A stretch of 28,196 nucleotides of DNA from assembly GCA_965233585.1 (NCBI GenBank), contig CBDDTI010000413.1, positions 1 to 28,196 of the forward strand, given 5' to 3'. The position numbers and the translations under genes are program-made. Under the pieces are notes generated by a model. That model was not told the origin of the DNA and searched no databases. It worked only from the letters and a program-made list of their open reading frames with translations. Shown one piece after another: positions 24,901-28,196 of this stretch. The stretch comes from a bacterium. GTDB lineage: Bacteria; SAR324; NAC60-12. How positions within the stretch are numbered: the stretch's first letter is position 1; each line of letters starts with the position of its first letter.

Positions 24901-27823
24901 TAATTCAATGGATTGGTTTAAGGGAAAATATACAGGAAACCATCGGTGTTTTCCCATTCAATAGGGGGCTTTCCGGTTGAATAGATTTCCCATGGACTCA
25001 TAGACGCCAATCCATTCATTCTATTGATTAATGAATATACCATTATTAGTTATCCCACTATCAATAGAATATATCCATGAATATATTGAATGATTCATAT
25101 GGTGGGATATTATCATTTTCATGAGTGGTTGTGTTTTATATAATATACCCTCTGGTAAACGTTTACATAACTATGGAAAATCACCATTTTTAATGGGAAA
25201 ACTCACTATTTCAATGGCCATTTTCAATAGCTATTTTGACATAACCAGAGGGTATCCCACATCATGATCTACCGCATCCCCACGCATCCCAGTCAGACGG
25301 AGACACTGGAACCACGGAGGCGATCTCTTTCATCTTCTCCAACAGGGCCGCCACGTTGACGCTCTGTCGACAGATGGGGAGATCATATGGCTATAATGAA
25401 TGGCTAATAAATGATGAATAATGAATGGAGAAAAACGAAACGAAGCAAACATCATCTAGATCATCTAGAAATAGTCTCTCTCTGTATATATATATATATA
25501 GAAATGCTCTTTTTGGACCTACTAAGATGGGGATAATAATATCAGATGAACAACCATTTGTAGATTCAACCATAGACGATTTATTTGGGGATTCAACGGA
25601 TACTTCAACCAGGGGATATCATGGGCGCCCTAGGATTCCGCAGGATGGCTGTTGGGTATTGAACATGATGGAACCATCCCACCCCAGCCTTGCCAACACC
25701 AGAATTGCCCGTCAAGAAGACAGAGTTCTGCGTGGTCATCATGCGGTCCTGGAGACATAAAAAAAAACACCTGCGGACCTAAGAAGAGGAAAAATGTAGG
25801 ATCGCGAAGCCCATTTTGTGCTATGCCCCTGAAACTACCTTCCATCACAGGGCAAACTCTTGAGCATCTGCCTATCTTCAGCTGATGTCTATATCATCAC
25901 GAATGTACATGTTTTTGCATCAAAAAGCAAAATCGCAGGGCCACAGGGGTTCCACAAAACATCTTGAGTAGAAGGCCACTCCCAGTGCCCCGCTCCATGA
26001 TGTACGAGAAGCGAACTGTGTCAGGATTGGGCACCAGGAGCCTAAGGGGAGGCGATACATCCACCCCATGCCGGGCGCTGCTAATCCGAACCGTTAGGCG
26101 GATGCAAGAGACCACTGTTTTCACTGTTCAAGTCTGAGTTGCCATGGATGTGTCCAAACCAGATATATATATATATATATTTTATATATATAATATATAT
26201 AATATAATATATATATATAATATATATAATATATATATATAATATATAATATATATATATAACTGCCCATTTCCACAACCAGCCCATTTCCGCCCATTCT
26301 GACCCCATCCACGTGGGTCAGGGAACTGGAAATAGGATACGCCTTCCTGGAACACGAACTTCGGCACGATGTCGGTCCATGACTTCCACTTTGGCCCTGC
26401 GATTCAACCCTTGCTGAAGGGGCCTTGCTGAAGCCTTCGAAACATCTCCCATTGGTGGTCTACCCCCATTTCATGTTTTTTTTGAATGGGGACAATGATC
26501 AATGATGATGAGCCATTGGATTTAGCGGTGACAAGTATGTCCACGCCAGCCTTCATAGAAGTTGATGAAGCCATCGTATGGACCTGGCTGCGGAAATTGC
26601 TGAGGTAGTCATCAAACATGGCTTGCTGGAAAATCCACCCAGATGTTCCGGTTTAAATAGCCATTGAGTTTTGGGATTTCTCAGCCATGTTTGATTGCCA
26701 GAGGCTAATCAACCAAGAAAACATCTTCAGGGGACATCCCAATCAATTCCAGCGGTAAAAACATCATCAGCTTGCCACGTTGACCATGACCTCCACCACG
26801 CGGCATGGACACGTTCGGGAACCAGTTCTCAATCTCTCGGGCGAACCTCGCAGCGGTGGTCTTTTGGTTGGACTTTTGGTTGGAACTGGGACGAGACCTT
26901 TTTGGGGTTCCCCATGAAAGTCGATTCATTAGACATAACAGTACTTCCCCACTATGTTTTATAGAATTTGTGTTGACTCATGATTCATAAGATTGAAAAT
27001 TATATAAATGTATGATAATGTATGATGATTTATGTTTTTTGTTGGTTCTCTTGATGGTTTCTTGATTTGAAATGCTAGAAAGTCTTATGATTTTCGACCG
27101 AGGCGATGACATCGACCGGGTCTTGGCATCACAACCTGACGGCAGGAGGTGTTTGTTTCAACGGGGAGATCCAAGATGATCCGAGTTTCAAATGGTGAAA
27201 ATGGTGAAACCCCCCCTGTTGATCATCGAATTCTAATGGAATTCATCAAATGTGTGGGTTTCCCACAAAAAAATCCGACAAACCCAGCTGGTGCCAAAGG
27301 CAGGAACAGTACAATAGCCTTTGAAAGATGGCAACAGGAACCAATCTGCAGGTGCCTTCGTTCATTACCAACTGATACAAGGAGAGACTCTCCGATCAAA
27401 TTTCGGGAATTTAACAAACCAGACATTGAATCTTGACTCAACAGAGCGAACAACACTGGCTTCACAGGTAGCTGTCCATGATGAAATGTCATAGCTGTCC
27501 ATGTCATGTCGCGGCATTCCCCCTGACAGACTGACTCTGGCCCAGTGTCATGCATCATCCAGCTAGCTGCATTGAAACTTCTTGCTACGTTGCCTCTGAT
27601 CCTAATCAGTAAAAACAATACCTCCGAGAAACCCCAAAAGTTAGTATTGGATGTATGTATTATGTATGCTTGCCTCATTTTGCCTCCCTTATCGGGTGGT
27701 GTTGAATATGCGGCTTATGGAAGTACCATTGCCCAAATCAGAGGATGCCGAGTCACTTCCACCGATGGTCCAGGTGAATGCGAAGCAAAAGCAGGGCTGA
27801 AGGAACTTCTCAAACTCCGCCGC
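3949..27823 (-). CDS. DNAH6: Axonemal dynein heavy chain, DNAH6-like (partial: AAA2 end to AAA3), 14 exons
   Basis: Manually spliced exons 27757-27823, 27111-27135, 26791-26846, 26551-26583, 26327-26396, 25996-26041, 25689-25748, 25307-25363, 23514-23549, 23248-23322, 22873-22949, 5178-5229, 4457-4499, 3949-3995 join in phase. Translation includes FTWTIGGSCD...LLVPNPDTVRFSYIMDRMMTTQNSVFLTGNSGVGKS (P-loop 3)...VYMTFSAQT...IESKLERKRKTLLGAP...[36 protein letters not shown]...CAAPPGGGRNAMTARFTRH. Dynein family is secure; the DNAH6 subfamily call is from recalled motifs. Confidence 0.92.
4457..4499 (-). CDS. dynein heavy chain exon (DIENTTLLLCAAPP)
   Basis: CAG|G acceptor, GC donor. Confidence 0.88.
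5178..5229 (-). CDS. dynein heavy chain exon ([17 protein letters not shown])
   Basis: CAG|G acceptor, GA donor; continues ELLR|Q across a 17.6-kb intron. Confidence 0.9.
5580..9146. repeat. Diverged 0.7-0.9-kb tandem monomers with a ~2664-bp higher-order duplication
   Basis: About 5880-6483 is near-identical to about 8550-9146 (spurious ORFs at 6024 and 8688 are copies). Shared motifs GTTGGAATAATTCT, AAAGCATAGGG and TGCTTTTCATTGCTTT recur in each monomer. Confidence 0.9.
9181..9530. repeat. GAGTGGCT/AGCCACTC palindromic tandem array (left subterminal)
   Basis: Recurring ~26-42-bp units such as GAGTGGCTGAGTGGCTGCTCCAGCCACTCTGGCA, each with a GAGTGGCTG-ctc-CAGCCACTC stem-loop. Confidence 0.95.
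9531..11290 (+). pseudogene. Family-B DNA polymerase (protein-primed type, Polinton-like-virus style), 5'-truncated, multiple stops and frameshifts
   Basis: 9518-10450 is one frame with a single stop at 10082. Motif A-like SIDTRKVY (~10280-10303), motif B-like KTLANVAFGLLEK (~10631-10669), motif C-like VYAVKTDAF (~11102-11128). Confidence 0.75.
11291..11586 (+). pseudogene. SF1 helicase N-terminal part (Walker A and B), apparently fused to the polymerase
   Basis: RAKFAGSGKS (~11362-11391), TLFVVPHN (motif Ia-like), FFDEIY (~11567-11584, frameshifted). Confidence 0.8.
11587..16088. mobile_element. 4.5-kb non-autonomous TIR element with 8-10-bp TSD interrupting the helicase
   Basis: TSD (AA)ATCTATAT at 11577-11586 and 16087-16096. 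Imperfect ~170-bp TIRs (GCGTTATCATTTGGCTCAGAAAAATTATTT... versus rc GTGTTTTCATTTGCCTAGAGAAATTATTTT...) built from GATATGATTTTGTTATG motifs. Confidence 0.85.
13727..14150. repeat. Central inverted/tandem array of the TIR motif
   Basis: AAAATCATATC-type copies at 13727-13810 face GATATGATTTT(CTTATGGTTTTGGAGTCTCTCCGTTTTTT) ~40-50-bp tandem units at 13820-14150. Confidence 0.9.
16095..16396 (+). pseudogene. SF1 helicase continuation (motifs III-IV), truncated
   Basis: DEIY|MSSPYILNKIRVFCNENPHLIVTGAGDVKQLPSIE (GDxxQLP motif III), then after an 8-bp duplication ...IIFKYNIFLQIRKRV. Confidence 0.82.
16439..16813 (+). pseudogene. Small zinc-finger protein (CxxC...CxxC plus C2H2-like remnant) with one internal stop
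   Basis: MESRKCTKCKKNKNGDEFNGMYRMCIECLDKQK...VF*DICQQNVKQCRLSKHLK...; TGA at 16577-16579 sits where a Cys is expected; same frame as ORF 16598-16813. Confidence 0.65.
16860..17110. repeat. ATG/TGA-rich low-complexity tract
   Basis: Repeated TATGATGA, GATGATG and TGAAATGA motifs. Confidence 0.7.
17417..17448. other. Perfect 13-bp stem-loop
   Basis: TACCCAGACCTAA-ggaaaa-TTAGGTCTGGGTA. Confidence 0.85.
17505..17631. repeat. GAGTGGCT/AGCCACTC array (right subterminal, inverted relative to the left end)
   Basis: Ends with CAGAGTGGCTGAGTGGCTG, the reverse complement of CAGCCACTCAGCCACTCTG at 9181. Confidence 0.9.
17670..18142. repeat. Continuation of the monomer array after the 9147-17663 insertion
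   Basis: 17664 onward TCTTATATTTGCTTGCAAAGAT...GTCTACTTTCTTTTGGACATACTTTTCAATG matches the uninterrupted copy from 6479 onward. Confidence 0.85.
18143..22360. repeat. 4.2-kb fold-back satellite of (GAAAATAAA)n/(TTTATTTTC)n hairpins
   Basis: Units GGAAAATAAAGAAAATAAA-TC-TTTATTTTCTTTATTTTC joined by TTTTGAGGCTCCAG or by a cassette TATAGATTCCATCCTGCTGGACACCTGGAAAAGTA found in both orientations. Confidence 0.97.
22873..22949 (-). CDS. dynein heavy chain exon with AAA3 Walker B ([26 protein letters not shown])
   Basis: AAG|G acceptor, GC donor; canonical DD.NMP...[11 protein letters not shown] motif. Confidence 0.95.
23248..23322 (-). CDS. dynein heavy chain exon (ETQINIESKLERKRKTLLGAPVNKT)
   Basis: CAG|G acceptor, GC donor. 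Confidence 0.92.
23514..23549 (-). CDS. dynein heavy chain exon (VYMTFSAQTKAY)
   Basis: GAG|G acceptor, GT donor; FSAQT motif. Confidence 0.9.
23717..24511. repeat. Compound microsatellite (TATG, TGTATGTATG, TGTATCTATG, TAGG)
   Basis: Direct reading; source of the spurious MCVY-rich ORFs. Confidence 0.97.
24907..25016. repeat. ~110-bp MITE-like repeat
   Basis: AATGGATTGG...CCAATCCATT inverted ends. Confidence 0.55.
25145..25255. repeat. 111-bp MITE-like repeat
   Basis: Perfect 12-bp TIR ATACCCTCTGGT...ACCAGAGGGTAT. Confidence 0.75.
25307..25363 (-). CDS. dynein heavy chain exon (SVNVAALLEKMKEIASVVP)
   Basis: CAG|A acceptor, GT donor; supplies the S of GKS. Confidence 0.85.
25689..25748 (-). 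CDS. dynein heavy chain exon with AAA3 Walker A (DRMMTTQNSVFLTGNSGVGK)
   Basis: CAG|G acceptor, GC donor; GxxGxGK. Confidence 0.9.
25996..26041 (-). CDS. dynein heavy chain exon (LLVPNPDTVRFSYIM)
   Basis: TAG|G acceptor, GA donor; LVP..DT.R motif. Confidence 0.87.
26163..26261. repeat. (TA)n/(TATAA) microsatellite
   Basis: Direct reading. Confidence 0.95.
26327..26396 (-). CDS. dynein heavy chain exon (GPKWKSWTDIVPKFVFQEGVSYFQ)
   Basis: CAG|G acceptor, GT donor; W..W motif typical of dynein. Confidence 0.87.
26551..26583 (-). CDS. dynein heavy chain exon (GPYDGFINFYE)
   Basis: CAG|G acceptor, GC donor; in phase. Confidence 0.78.
26791..26846 (-). CDS. dynein heavy chain exon (FAREIENWFPNVSMPRGG)
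   Basis: GAG|G acceptor, GT donor; in phase. Confidence 0.82.
27111..27135 (-). CDS. dynein heavy chain micro-exon, 25 nt (SCDAKTRSM)
   Basis: CAG|G acceptor, GT donor; phase matches both neighbours. Confidence 0.75.
27757..27823 (-). CDS. dynein heavy chain exon (AAEFEKFLQPCFCFAFTWTIGG)
   Basis: CAG|G acceptor, GT donor; F.F..W..G motif after AAA2. Confidence 0.85.
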
Positions 27824-28196
27824 CTGGCTGAAAAATTAGCTTCGCCTAGGGCCTAGGGAAGGGCCTATCTCCACTGAAAAGGGCATCCTATTTTTTTGTA
27901 GTATTGGGATTCTTACAATCATATCCTAGGATATTGGGAAAAAAACACTCACAGGATAATTATCGTATCAATGGCTGTATGTATGTATGCATGCATGCAT
28001 GTATGTATGTGACAGGAGTATGATCATATATTAACAACCATTGATAGGTCAATGTTGTTCCCATGATATGGTGTATATTCCTTTGGTCATTACATATATA
28101 TATATATATAATGAAGGAAAGTGAATATTCCTATTAATGCGATATATGATCTATACATTCCTAGTAATATTCCCAGGATGGAAAGTTCGTCTTAAA

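Overview
Eukaryotic, intron-rich DNA with dinoflagellate (Symbiodiniaceae-like) hallmarks: tiny exons, GT/GC/GA splice donors, AG|G acceptors and short intronic interspersed repeats. Fourteen phase-consistent exons on the minus strand (27823 to 3949) encode the AAA2-AAA3 region of a DNAH6-like axonemal dynein heavy chain. One intron (5230-22872, about 17.6 kb) holds three nested insertions. The outer one is a ~17-kb TGT...ACA element in a (TA)n tract, built from diverged 0.7-0.9-kb repeat monomers and a 4.2-kb fold-back satellite. Inside it is an 8.5-kb element bounded by a 6-bp direct repeat (TCTTAT) and inverted GAGTGGCT hairpin arrays. It carries a decayed family-B DNA polymerase/SF1-helicase gene and a zinc-finger gene resembling Polinton-like viruses, with no capsid or integrase visible. 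The innermost is a 4.5-kb TIR element with an 8-10-bp TSD that splits the helicase right after Walker B. Below 3949 the dynein reading frame cannot be followed, and a chain of non-dynein exon-like islands takes over. All calls come from manual reading and translation; no database search was run.
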